A stretch of 64,000 nt of DNA from Octopus vulgaris. Its lineage: Eukaryota. A model generated the notes under the pieces. The model was given only the letters and a program-made list of their open reading frames with translations. It was not told the DNA's origin and searched no databases. A program made the translations under genes and the position numbers. Position 1 is the stretch's first letter; the number at the start of each line of letters is the position of its first letter. The stretch is taken from positions 71,486,001 through 71,550,000 of the forward strand of contig OX597827.1 in NCBI GenBank assembly GCA_951406725.2, read 5' to 3'. Of this stretch, positions 12,963 through 25,534 are shown in pieces.

Positions 12963-13234
12963 GCTGTCAACACCCGTTAAAAGGAGGGCTGGGCATGCCG
13001 TGGTTGATGATGCGCAGACACGCGCTGAGACTGCGACATCTCCGGCTCTATGTAGACGACGGTGAACAGGTGTGGTCGCCGTTTGTGAGGCACGCATTCC
13101 CGCAACTCGTCTCCATGACCGAACTACAGTCGTGGATCAAAAAGAGGCCGAGGAAGGGCGAATGGCACCGCGAGTGTCGCGTTGCTCTCAAGCAACTCTG
13201 CCTCTGCCGTCCCGGGTCGACTGGGCTCGACTGA
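12958..13234 (+). mobile_element. L1/Tx1-like ORF2 internal fragment (post-RT region)
   Basis: GC-rich open frame [42 protein letters not shown]... The P..GGLG.P..A.RL motif is typical of L1/Tx1 ORF2. Confidence 0.75.
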
Positions 13235-13949
13235 GTGACAATGAAAAAAACAAAATATCGTGAATAACGGTGGTAATGAAACTGAAGCCCTTAATGTTGA
13301 CAGTGTTACACACGGCAGGCTCAGAAATACTGGTTTGACTCCAGCCTGTCGTTATGTAGCAAGGGACCAGCTCACACGGCGTAGATGGGACAAAACAAAG
13401 TCAATGCTGTGGTCATAGTGTTTTACTACCTGAGCAACCCTGTAGACGAAAATAGCGTTCATATTAGAGGATACCGACAACGTATGTATGATCAATGGAG
13501 AGAAAGAGGTTTGTTTCAACTCAATATGATTGTTGCTTAAAGATTCAATAATGAATAAGTATGGCAGATTGATGTCTTATAACAAATAACAAAGGAAACA
13601 TTTGAAAAACGATCCAGGAATCTGATTGCTGACTGGAATAAGAGTGTAGTAGAGACATGGGTATTATTAATTATACGAATATTTATTATATTTATTTTGA
13701 CTTTGAAATATTCATGATCCTTTATAGCACTGGGGTCGATTCGTTCGACTAAAAAATTCTTCAAGGCGGTGCCCCAGCATGGTCGCAGTTCAATGACCGA
13801 AACATGTAAAAGATGAAAAAAAAAAAATTAACATACTCTGCTTTTTAATTTTATTTTTTACTATAATCTTAGGATCCAGAAATTTATTATAGCGATCAGC
13901 CAATCAACTTGCTAGATTGGTTCCGAATGAATAAATACAACATACATAC

Positions 13950-14036
<87 letters not shown>

Positions 14037-14284
14037 TGTGAAAGAAAAGAAATCGATACGTGGTTGTATTGTAAGAAGCTTGTTTTCCAACCGCATGGTT
14101 CCGGGTTGTCTCACTGTGTGGCGCTCTGAGCAACTGTCTTCTACACTATCAGGCAAATGTAATTTACCTTCATATTATTGGTGTTGAATGATTTGTGATA
14201 ATTATGTATAGTGGAAAATGAGATAGGAACGGAAAGTTCGTATCTTTAATGAATATAACCATGTTAGTGACTATATTCATTTTA

Positions 14285-14600
14285 AAAGCTTAAGCAATTG
14301 GCTCGAAAATCTTCGACTAAACCTTTTAAAGTGGTTCCCTTCATGGCTGTAGTCCAATGACTGAAACAAATAAAAGGTAAAAAAATAAACGACACATACA
14401 TACACACACACATACATACATACATACACACATACATACATACATACATACATACACACATACATACATACATACATACATACATACATACATACATACA
14501 CACATACATAAACACACATACATACACACACACACACATACATACATACGTACATACATACACACACATACATACATACGTACATACATACATACATACA

Positions 14601-14630
<30 letters not shown>
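14285..14630 (+). repeat. SINE-B tail plus (TACA)n; direct repeat of 16192-16358
   Basis: TAAGCAATTGGCTCGAAAATCTTCGACTAAACCTTTTAAAGTGGTTCCC...GACTGAAACAAATAAAAGG is near-identical at both sites. Confidence 0.85.
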
Positions 14631-14631
<1 letters not shown>

Positions 14632-14679
14632 TTACAGTAAGTAAACAGTATTATCATAAGAATGTAGGATTATCAATCA

Positions 14680-15492
14680 TAAGTTAGAATTGAACCCAGA
14701 AACTCTCTATCGCAGCATGAACAACCATTCCGTCAACGTTGTAAAAGCTTCTCCCAAACATGATCTGGTGTCATAATTCTGGGTATAATCTGGAATGTAA
14801 AGAAACAGCAGAATCGAGACACAACGTGGTTGAATGATGTACAGCAAGTTATTTAGTGGGTATTGCACAAACGTCTTGCCTTACCAGAGATACTCTCGTC
14901 AGTCTGTGAAACAAAAAGGGTTTAAATAGAATAAAACAGAGGCTAAACTCAATGCATTAGACTAGCTGACAATTGCATAAACAATAGCCGTATCTAAAAA
15001 CCAAAAGATGAATGTAGCAAAAAAAGAAAGAAAATGCCGGTCCGTGGCATGTTTAAATGTTATGCAAAAAACGATGTTGCGACTGATGGGCAGGTATGAA
15101 GAAAGAAGAGAGATGGAGGCTGTGCTGAGCAGCTCCACATCAATAGACCCGTTTGTAAAACTGCATCCCTGAAGTCTGCTGACAGCATGATCAGACGATA
15201 GAAGTTTGACTTTGTTCTGTCTTCATCGATACTAGTGCCGCCATGTTTTATCAAGTTTCCATCTGTTGTAGTCGATGTTATTAAAAGACTGACAGCTACA
15301 CGATCCTCACAAATACCTCTAAGAACTGAAGTAACTATTTATACTTACAGAGGTATTCCAGGGTGATAGCTTATCTGTAAAACTGTTCGCCTTGGCAGTG
15401 AGCTTCACGTCAGCGTTCGGGAAATGTCAAAACTATGTGTCAGGATCTACAGATGAGAGGTCAACTGTTGTCTCTGTCTCTGTCTCTTTCTT

Positions 15493-15530
<38 letters not shown>

Positions 15531-16030
15531 GCACAAACAAACACACACTTCTTTTGTTGATGCCATAGAATTGTATTGAGGAGTCACAAGACCAAGAGAA
15601 ATGTAAAGCTGGCCGTAACATCGCAATGTTACGACATAGGCATGGAGTTTGATCAGAATAAGTGTTCATATTTAGGAGTTAGTCAAATAAGGATTGTCGA
15701 CCAGGTTAGAAAGAGGGATGTCAATGTTCTGTTGATCTCCTTTATTATTTTCAATGATGAATGTACGCTATCTACATGTGGAAATTGAAGAGGATGTTAC
15801 ATTCATTAGTGCCCTGAGGAAAAGCCAGGGTAATAAAGGAATATTTCAGAAAATTTCAATGTGCAATGTAACTGCAAAGAACTCAGTGTCTGCATTCAAT
15901 AAATTCATGTCCCATTATGATTTTGACCAATATTTGGGATATCAGACCGAACACTCGAAAAGATCAGCTACTTGAATATCAAGACTAGGAAGATACTAAC
16001 AACAGATGGTATCTTCCTAGTCATTAATGG
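14680..16030 (+). pseudogene. Highly degraded R4/Dong-like reverse transcriptase
   Basis: Ordered motif remnants: CRSVACLN (from YRPITCLN, ~15034), FQGDSLSVKLFALAV (~15356), FVDAIELY (from YMDD, ~15552), DIGMEFDQNKC (~15633), LNIKTRKILT (~15972). Confidence 0.7.
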
Positions 16031-16106
16031 CATGACAGGACCGCAGTTGGACGGAAGGATGGAGGCAATATAAGGTCAATCTAAAGGGCGTTCGCTTAGG
16101 GTTTTC

Positions 16107-16191
16107 GCCTACGTTGAATGCACAGGTTCACGTTGAATGCACAGGTTCGCGTCCGATCACCGAAGCTAAGCAACGTCACGCCTAGTTAGTA
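16107..16191 (+). pseudogene. 5S rRNA pseudogene fragment (5' two thirds, rearranged)
   Basis: GCCTACG-TTGAATGCACAGGTTC(x2)-GCGTCCGATCACCGAAGCTAAGCAACGTCACGCCTAGTTAGTA follows the metazoan 5S sequence, including box A (AGCTAAGC). It has an internal deletion and a 19-bp duplication, and is truncated before box C. Confidence 0.85.
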
Positions 16192-16437
16192 TAAGCATAA
16201 GCAATTGGGTCGAAAATCTTCGACCAAACCTTTTAAAGTGGTTCCCTGCATGGCTGTAGTCCAATGACTGAAACAAATAAAAGGCAAAAAAAAATAATAA
16301 ACCGTACATACATACATACATACATACATACATACATACATACATACATACATACATACTTTTAAAATTAATTGCTGCTTCAAACACGTGCTGCAAGCTT
16401 GGGAAACCTAGGTGCTGTAGGTATCTCGCTTTTAGTG

Positions 16438-16765
16438 AAGGTGCGTGACTTAGTAGTTAGGGTATCCAGCTCACGATCGTAAGGGTGTAAGTTCGATTCT
16501 TGGTGGGGCGTTCTGTTTTTGAGCAAGGCGGTTTATTCCACGTAGCTCCGATCCACTCAGCTGATAAAAAAGAAAAATGAGTTGTACCTGTATTTCAAAG
16601 GGCCAGCCATGTAACATTCTGTGTCACGCTGGATCTCTCCAAGAACTACGTTACGGATGCATGTCTGTGGAGTACTCAACCTCTTTCACGTCAATTTCAC
16701 GAGCAGGTTGTTCCGTTGATCGGATCAACTGGATCCCTCGTCGTCGTAACCGACGGAGTACCAGT
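16438..16765 (+). mobile_element. tRNA-derived CORE-type SINE (family D, OR-like)
   Basis: tRNA head GACTTAGTAGTTAGG...AGTTCGATTC, CORE-like TTGAGCAAG...CCACTCAGCTG...AATGAGT, tail GTCGTAACCGACGGAGT. Confidence 0.8.
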
Positions 16766-16905
16766 TTTTAAATGGCATCTGATTGCCGCATCGCATCACT
16801 CAGACAACTAAACAACACTTACTGGACAAAAGGGAGACAAATGAGTGCAACACGTAGATGAAGAATTCATTCCTGAGCAGGCATTCTGAGTTGGCACTCG
16901 GAATA

Positions 16906-17104
16906 CGAAGGGTTGCTGAAAAGGTCTAGGCTTTGGGCAAAAGAAAAATATAGGAGGATCAGTTAATTATGATTTTATCCAACATATTCTCATATTCACA
17001 CATTAATTGCAGGGCTTCTTCAGTTTTCCTAAACTCGAAAGGTATGGCCTCTAGCCAGGCCTTTCTCGATACCTTTAAAGCCAGGAACTTTTCAGCACCT
17101 ACCG
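16906..17104. mobile_element. Mariner-like MITE
   Basis: TA-CGAAGGGTTGCTGAAAAGGTCTAGGCTTT ... AAAGCCAGGAACTTTTCAGCACCTACCG-TA: imperfect ~28-bp TIRs with a TA duplication. Confidence 0.75.
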
Positions 17105-17113
17105 TATTTGTTA

Positions 17114-17177
<64 letters not shown>

Positions 17178-17799
17178 AAGAGAGAGAAATAGAGTTGTTT
17201 AAAAGCTAAATAGTTATACGATGCCTCCTCTATTAATGTTGTGGTTGTCCTCTAGTTTGTATATATAAACTTCCTGTATATAACGTTCCTGTATATATAT
17301 TCCTGCTGCTATGATGAGTGTTTCTGTTTCCAGTTTCTGTTTTTGTTGGTTAGTCCAGCTCTCTTAAATTGCATGGAACATTCGTTCTCTCGGAGTACCC
17401 ACTCAGGAGTTTTTACGTCATCCATTAAAAATATTCTAATGGGTGAAGTAAGATCTTATAAACACTTGAAAATTTTATTTTGTAATAAACTACGAGTGTA
17501 CTGAAGCAATATTACGAGTACTTGCTATACCAACCTTGGAGAAAAGAAAGTGGAAGTCAATCTCGGTGGTTTGAAAATTCAGACTGTAGAAGGACAGAAC
17601 TCTGTAATTACTGAAACATGTTTACTTCAATGCTCTATCGTTTCCGCCATTTTATTCACCCTTACTTCATAATATGTTGATAGTCCATTCTGTGACTCAG
17701 TTTGGGTCGTTGATACATAAGGGAAGATACGCTACTGTTCGTGTAGGAACTAAAATGTATTACACAACTACAGTGGTTTCTCATCACCTTTTTCCTTTC

Positions 17800-18080
17800 T
17801 TTTTTAAGTGCTGAGTTTGGAAGAATGGGCCATGCCCATGACTTTTGAAGGCTCTCCGGCACCGATGTTTAAACTGATACAGGTCAATACCTGCAGGAAA
17901 GGCAGAATAGGGAGTAGATTTCAAAGGCGCCGATGTTCCGGGGAGAAAGGACTGGATATAGCGTTTAGTGCAAGGTCAAAAGATGGGGTTGAATGAAATA
18001 AAGGTGACGAGAAGAGGAGAGACGAATAGTTCAGAGATGCCTGAGTGGTGGAGGTACGAGGCCAGCTAGTTCCAATGTAC
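17800..18080 (-). mobile_element. Degenerate LINE 3' end (CR1/L2/Daphne-like)
   Basis: Reverse-strand frameshifted remnants LASLVPPPLRHLRTIRLSSSRH, TKRYIQSFLP, NLLP and FPAGIDLYQFK resemble the SFFPRT..LWN.LP..FP..DL..FK C-terminal motif. Confidence 0.65.
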
Positions 18081-18850
18081 TGAGGCCATCAAGATTAAGA
18101 GGAAGAATTGAAAATTCAGTAGTGCTGCAAGATAATGGTAACTCGACAAGTTTACGAAGTTACCGTTGTGTACAGCACTGAAACCATACAATTCTGCCAG
18201 GGGAGAAGCCTTACCTACCATTGCAGTGGTCACCACCTGAAACATCAGACCTGTCCATTCCTTCAGACTCTACATTGAGTGGACAGTTAAGCGCAGTGAA
18301 GAGAGTAGGATGTACTCAAATTGTAATACTTCACCATATACGATTATTCACTGCATGTCCGAATGTTGCGATGTGGGTTTTTAGCTAGGAAGAGATATGG
18401 AGCATTTGAAGCAACAAATCTATGGTTCGCATATACATGCCCTGCTGACAAGTTGCGTGTTATAGACGTTCTCAATAAGAGCTAACATGAGGTTGCACAC
18501 AAACAACACCCGAGTTAGAAATTATTAAAAAGAAAACGACGAATGTGCCGCAGCAGTACGGAAGATATTAGCGTCACATCATCAACGATTGCCTTCCAAA
18601 TTGCAAAATGTCCGTTAGATGCTACCTTCTCACGAGATATGACGTTGCTACCTTCTTACGTGACATGACATTATTTACCAGGCCACCAGTAGGGAAGATT
18701 AACTTAAGGATCCTAAAAGGTGGCCCATATTCAAGTGCACACAAGTGAGTGAAAGATTATTTTATGGATGGAATATTGACAACTTAAAAAAAGATCAAAC
18801 GCGTGGTGAAAGTAAAACAATATTAGTCAAGGACTGGTTTTTTTTTACAG

Positions 18851-18929
18851 TTTCAGAAATGTACGGGAGGCAACTCCGAGCATATTTTAGTATTGTTGAA
18901 CTTCATCAGTGAAGAAGTAGTTTGCCGAG
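18851..18929 (+). CDS. Weak candidate internal exon (FQKCTGGNSEHILVLLNFISEEVVCR)
   Basis: Acceptor T9ACAG and donor GAG|GTATT; the open phase-0 frame ends in phase 1, compatible with the longest frame of the exon at 20369. No recognisable homology. Confidence 0.2.
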
Positions 18930-19529
18930 GTATTAGCAAACAAATCGTTTACGATTATTCATATCACGTTAGAATGTTGAAGTATGGCTTTTAGTTAGGC
19001 AGAGACGCGGTGTATCTAAAACAATAGACCAGTGGCTCACATATACACGCTCGGCTGACTATCAGTGCCTCATAGATGTATGTGCGCTCAATATGCCTCA
19101 TAGTGCCTCATAAATGTATGCGCTCAATATGCTTTAACTTGTGGCTACAACCAACAACAACTTAATTTTAAAACATGATAATAGCTGGGAGTGGAAACGA
19201 ACCACCAACCTCAAGGAATAAGTGTCCAGTGTTCTACTAATTCAGCCATGTGTACATTCATTTCCTGGTTATCTCCCCTTCATTCAGTCGCTCTCCGACC
19301 ACAATGTTCAAAGAACAATGATGATGTTGTTTAAGACTTAATTCCATATTTATTCAACAGAAAAAGTGAGTGTATATGTGGATGTATGTTGAGTGAGTGT
19401 ATATGTTGTTGTGTGATGAGTGAATAATGTATAGCTGTATAGTTTCATTGAAACACGTTTGTTTTTCTCCCCAATATATAAACAGTAAACATACCTTGTG
19501 TATGCATAAACGTATATGAATGTGTTTTG

Positions 19530-19567
19530 TATATATTAACATATATATATTTGAATATATGCGTGTC

Positions 19568-19603
<36 letters not shown>

Positions 19604-19627
19604 TGTATATATATATATATGTATATA

Positions 19628-19698
<71 letters not shown>

Positions 19699-19709
19699 GT
19701 GTGTGTATA

Positions 19710-19764
<55 letters not shown>

Positions 19765-19853
19765 GCTTTTACACGTATATATGTACATGTGTAAATACAT
19801 TATAATACGAGAATGTAATTATATATGTGCATATATGCATATATATGCATGTA

Positions 19854-19937
<84 letters not shown>

Positions 19938-20056
19938 TATGCACGTATATATACATATATACATGTATATGTATACGTGTTGTGTCTATATATAAACAGA
20001 TACGCACGTATATATACATATAAATGTATATGTATACATATATAAATATATGTATA

Positions 20057-20147
<91 letters not shown>

Positions 20148-20280
20148 TATATATATATATTATATCATATATATATATATATATGTATATATTTATATAT
20201 ATCATATATATATATGTATGTATATATAATTCACATATATACGTTATAGTCATGCATATATTTATATATACGTATATATA
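19530..20280. repeat. Imperfect (TA)n microsatellite
   Basis: About 750 bp of TA with TG/CA interruptions. Confidence 0.95.
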
Positions 20281-20368
20281 AATCATAGCCATATAATGGT
20301 TGCGAATATCTCCAAAAATTCCCTGATGGGAGATAATCCATAACTTTAGTTTCATTTTCTTTCGACAG

Positions 20369-20466
20369 ATGTTCCCGTCTCTCTATGTTCCCCACGTAGG
20401 GTTGCCAAACACATAAAGTTACAAACTCCTCCTCAAGTTCAAGAGTTCGATTCTCCGAGGTGTTAG
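20369..20466 (+). CDS. Candidate terminal coding exon of an unidentified gene
   Basis: Acceptor TTTCATTTTCTTTCGACAG, then ~100 bp of balanced-composition unique sequence. Longest frame is xVPVSLCSPRRVAKHIKLQTPPQVQEFDSPRC*; alternatives are MFPSLYVPHVGLPNT* and xCSRLSMFPT*. TE-free U-rich sequence follows immediately. Confidence 0.55.
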
Positions 20467-22162
20467 TTCGTTTTCACTTTTCTTCTTCTTTTTTTTTTAC
20501 ACTTTTTTTGTTTTTCATCTCGTTTTGTTTTATTTTTTAAAATTTATTTTTAAGTTGGTGGTTCTTTCTCTAGGTTAGTTTTGGTGCAATGTAGTGCCTA
20601 TATATCAACAACAACGACGAGAACAGCAACAACAACAACAACAACAACAACAGCAGCAGTAACTAGTTCAATATTATAAATAATGAAATGAAGAATTCAT
20701 AAAAAAAAAAATGAAGGGGGGGGGGACAAAAGACCGGGCGGGCGGCGGGGGGGGGAGGAATAGTTGTTAACAATTCTGTGATTTAGCTGAACACAAAAAG
20801 GTTATTTGTTACACAACCTAACATGGTCTTTCTTTTAGAAATAAAATTTCATTCAAATTTAAATTGAAACAATCTGATTAAATATCAGTAAAAACACAAA
20901 CGTTGCAGTCTTTCATCGTAAAACCAGATTATAAAGACTCACACACATACAAAACAAAAAAAAGTAATAAGAGAAAAAAATCCATTGAATGCTTTAAAAA
21001 ATGATTTTGTTTTTTTGGTTGGTTGGTTATCTGCATTATTATTATTGTTATTTTTTTTTTTTTTTTGGAATTTTGAATCTTTTTTCATTGGAAAATGAAA
21101 TTTGATAACTTTTTTTTGATTTTCATTGAAAACTGAAGTAAGACGTTTCGGTTTTGTCTTGCCATTGTTAGTTCACTTTTGTTGTTTTGTTTCAGTAAAA
21201 AATTGACGTACGTAAGGATACGTTTGCATGTAGATAATATATATGATATATATATATGTGTGTATGTGTATGTGTGTATTTGTATGTGTACGTATATATT
21301 AAATACGTATATATTAAATACTTTTGTAACTTTTTTCATATTTTGTTTTCGTATTTTTAAAATTTTATTTTTTTAAAACATTTTTCGAATCGTCTCTCTT
21401 TTCCACAAATGTCTATCGTTTTAGTCTTTTGTTATTTTTTTTCCATATTTTCTATTCATATTTTGAAAATTTTATTTAATTTTTTGAAACATGTTTTTGA
21501 ATCATCTCTTTTTCACAGATGTCCTTCATTTCTATCCATTTTATGCCCCGCATTTTTTTTTTTAAATCTGGGGGTCATTTGATGTAATATTACTTGACTT
21601 GGTTACTGTTGTTATTATTATTATTATTATTATAATTTCATTTCAAGATTCACTTTGTTGTTTGTCGTCTGATTATTTTTGGAAATTTTAAAAACAAATT
21701 TATTATGATTCCCCTTACGCATTTGTCGTAGTTGTTTACAAATGTCACAATTGGCGTTCGTCTTCACAAATTCTATAACTCAGCTAAAGATTCGTCGTCC
21801 ATCTGGTCATTTCCAATCAATTGTAGATATTTATGATGACTTACTTTTTGGTTTCTTTCGAAGCTTCACGATTTCTTTATTACGCTTTTTTTTTATAATT
21901 ATTTTTCTTAAAAATTTCGCAGGTATTCATTTTAATCTCGTAATTAGCGTTTAAGTAGTACAAACAGAAATTCTTTCCACAATAAACTTATTAATTATCA
22001 TTATCATTTTCTTTTTTGGTTTCGTTTCGGAATATCATTTCCACTTTTTCCGTTTTTAACATTGTTGTATCAACTGATTCCGGGAGATATTTGCCAAGAC
22101 AGTACCAGTATTCAAAGATGCAGCATCTTTGAGAATTATCTCATAGCATCGCCAGTCGTTAC

Positions 22163-22234
<72 letters not shown>

Positions 22235-22834
22235 AATTCCAGAGTCAGTTTCTTCAATCCACACCAGGCCGTTGTAATGATGTAACTCACAAGAAAAGAA
22301 ACCTGGAAGTTTATATATATAAATTTAAATGCGTGTAGCTGTGTGTATGAGCGTATGTGTGTACTGAACACTCACTGGAAGAGAGGAAGCGAAGAAGCCA
22401 GATCTGTCGTAAAGTAATCGTTCGCAAAAAGCAAGCAAAGAAACAAACCAAAAGCTGATACTTTTTCTTGTTGTCATTTCATTTTTTTTTTGGCGATTTT
22501 TTTCTTTTTTGCAAATTTAACCTAAATTTAATTGAACAAGATATTTAATGGACGCTCTTATTACGTAGATTCATTGAAAACTATCGGAGAAATAATAGTA
22601 ATAATGATGACAATAAAAATGATAATTTTTGTTATTATTGTTATTATTTTTGTTGTTGTTGTTGCTGTTATGAAAGATGTGTTTCTAAATAATTTTTCAG
22701 CAGTGACCCCAAACCGACGAAATAAGAACATTGGGGTTCTTATATATACATGTTTTATATTATGTTACATTATATTATATTACAGTTATATGTACACATA
22801 TATATTTCTACATGTGTATATGTATATATGCCCT

Positions 22835-22868
<34 letters not shown>

Positions 22869-22893
22869 TTCTATATATATATATATATATAGA

Positions 22894-22933
<40 letters not shown>

Positions 22934-23640
22934 ATTTGTATATACACACGCTTATATGTATATTCTCACAAATAATGTGTGTGTCTGCATATACACACAT
23001 ACACACTCACACGCATACATTGAAAACACGACCGTGTCCTTCGTGTTTAGTTGAGCCCAATAACATTCCTAAACTAATCAACGTTTAAAGACTACCATCT
23101 CCTAACTATCATCTCCTGAACGGGACGGTGATAATAGCACATTCTTGAAGCATTTTGCATTAAGCAACGAGTAATCATAAGACTGAACTTGTAACTCATA
23201 AAATCATCATCGCCTCATATAAAATTATTTAACAGCTAACTTCTGGTTACTTTCATAATCTATTTCACATGTTCTGTAATCCTGGCTTGATTTTGGTTTG
23301 TATTGTGATATAAATAAATTTTCATAACATATCTACAACTTTATTTTGTGGCATTTTATACATATGGCTGTGTTGTCGAATAATGTTTTTTCTGTTTGGT
23401 TTTGTTTCGCGTTCGGTTCCATGTTACAGTGGTCCATATTAGATCACAGTCGGATCTTCAATACATGTTCGAAAGAAATGATTTTGCATATGTGCGAGTG
23501 TATATTCACTTATACATACTGTACTTATTGTATCATATTACTCTTTCATGTACATTGTTTTGTTCTATATTATTATGTTTGACCTTAATGTTCATATGTA
23601 GTGGTTTAATAAATTATGTGATGGGGTATTATCTGGTAGT
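20467..23640 (+). other. Putative long 3'UTR
   Basis: About 3.2 kb with no recognised SINE or LINE in an otherwise TE-saturated window; U-rich on the + strand; AATAAA at 23313 and 23608. Confidence 0.5.
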
Positions 23641-23679
23641 TGATCATTGATTAAGATGTGTTTCTCCATTTTCTTATTT

Positions 23680-23727
<48 letters not shown>

Positions 23728-23848
23728 TGTATGTATACACATATATATCTATATGTGTATGTGTGTGCATATATACATGTATGTATACGTATATAGATTT
23801 TTTATATACACTTATGTGTATATATATGTACGTGTGTGTATGTATGCG

Positions 23849-23886
<38 letters not shown>

Positions 23887-23906
23887 CATATACATACATA
23901 CGTACG

Positions 23907-23963
<57 letters not shown>

Positions 23964-24229
23964 GATATACATATAGATGTATATGTATATGTATTTACAA
24001 ATCCCACCCCACCCCATATATCATTCGTTTGTTGAGTACCCAGTACTTGAAAGTCCCTTTGTGTCCTCTCAGTTGCCAACTGGGGGTAACACCGGCGTCG
24101 GCAGTAATAAGATGAAATACTCGCATACTTCCTTCTCGACTTGCTAGTAATACCACCCAACGGATCTGCAAAAAGTGCTAAATCATTTTCAACACATTGG
24201 ATGGGAAAACAGCAAAAGCAGCAACAGTG

Positions 24230-24420
24230 GGGGCACAATGGCCCAGTGGTTAGGGCAGCGGACTCGCGGTTGTAAGAACGCGGTTTCGATTCCCAGACCT
24301 GCCACTGTGAGTGCTTATTGAGCAAAATATCTTAGCTCCACGAGGCTCCTGCGAGGGTGGGGGGGTGAACCCCGCTGTACTCTTTCACCACAACTTTCTC
24401 TCACTCTTTCTTCCTACTTC
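24230..24420 (+). mobile_element. tRNA-derived SINE family C, 5' half
   Basis: GCACAATGGCCCAGTGGTTAGGGCAGCGGACTCGCGG...GGTTTCGATTCCCAGAC; matches the reverse copy at 57104-57482. Confidence 0.85.
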
Positions 24421-25534
24421 TGTCACAAAGCAGAGGAACCATGGTGTAATCCACTATGGTGTGGTAAACTGTCAGACCCTAGTCTAGATTGAGAATCCTC
24501 TGTACCCCAGGATGGTTCAGCTTTCTACCCGTTAAAAGCCACCGTTTACGGAATGAGGATAACAACGTAGCTTTCGCGCCCGTGCAACCGCCAGTCTATC
24601 GCGTGTGGTGAGTGGATCTTCAAGTTGCCACACGCATTCTTAGTAGCTTAGAGTAGGCTCGAATTAGAGATTATTCTATGTGACTAATGGCGTAAGTCCT
24701 GATTAGAAGAAGACAGCAGCAACAACGACTAAACTAATAAATAAATAAATAATTTAAAGAATTATTTATTAATTTATTTAACTGTGTAAAATATTGGTTT
24801 CAAATTTTGGTACAAGGCCAGCAACTTTTCGCGGAGTCGGGTAAGCGGATTACATCAACCTCAGTGCTTAACTGGTACTTACTTTATCGAACACGAAAGG
24901 ATGAGAGCTGAAATTGGACCTTGGTAGAATTAGAACTCAGAACGTAAAGACGGACGAAATGTTGCTAAGCATTTTGCTCGGCGTTGCTAACGATTCTATT
25001 CAAGAAAAATGCATAAAATATTAAAATTGATTTCCAATACGAGCAGCAAACAAAATTTATTTTAGAACAAAGATGTAGTCGATTTGTAATCGATCGATCG
25101 ATTCATTGATCAATATTTCCCTAAAATTTGTATTATCATCTGTTCTGAAATGACGAAAGTTAAACTGGAACCATATAGAATTCGAACTCAGAACGCAGAG
25201 GGACGTAATGAAATATGCGGTTTTTTAAAATAAATATTTGTAATATTCTTCTATTCTTACCTTTCTGTTGCAATGCTTTCTAATTTTAGCCAAAAATCCA
25301 GCAATTTTTAAGGGAAAGGGGTTAGCCTATTCTATCAACTCAAGTACTTACTTTATCGACCGTGAAAAGATGAAAGACAAAGTTAACATCGGCGGGATTT
25401 GAACTTTAGTACATAATGAGCCGGAACAAATACGTAAAAATTGTTTGTACGCCGCTCTAGCGATTCTCCTAGCTCGCCGCCTTAACAATTGAAGCAAAAT
25501 ATAGTTACAAATTTTGCCACAAGTAGTTCTAGAT

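Noticed and set aside
18618-19132. Short 26-33 bp tandem duplications (18618-18670, 19064-19132)
   Set aside because: Ordinary slippage duplications with no further structure.
22112-22132. 21-bp palindrome TCAAAGATGC-A-GCATCTTTGA
   Set aside because: Too short to interpret without conservation data; no miRNA-length stem.
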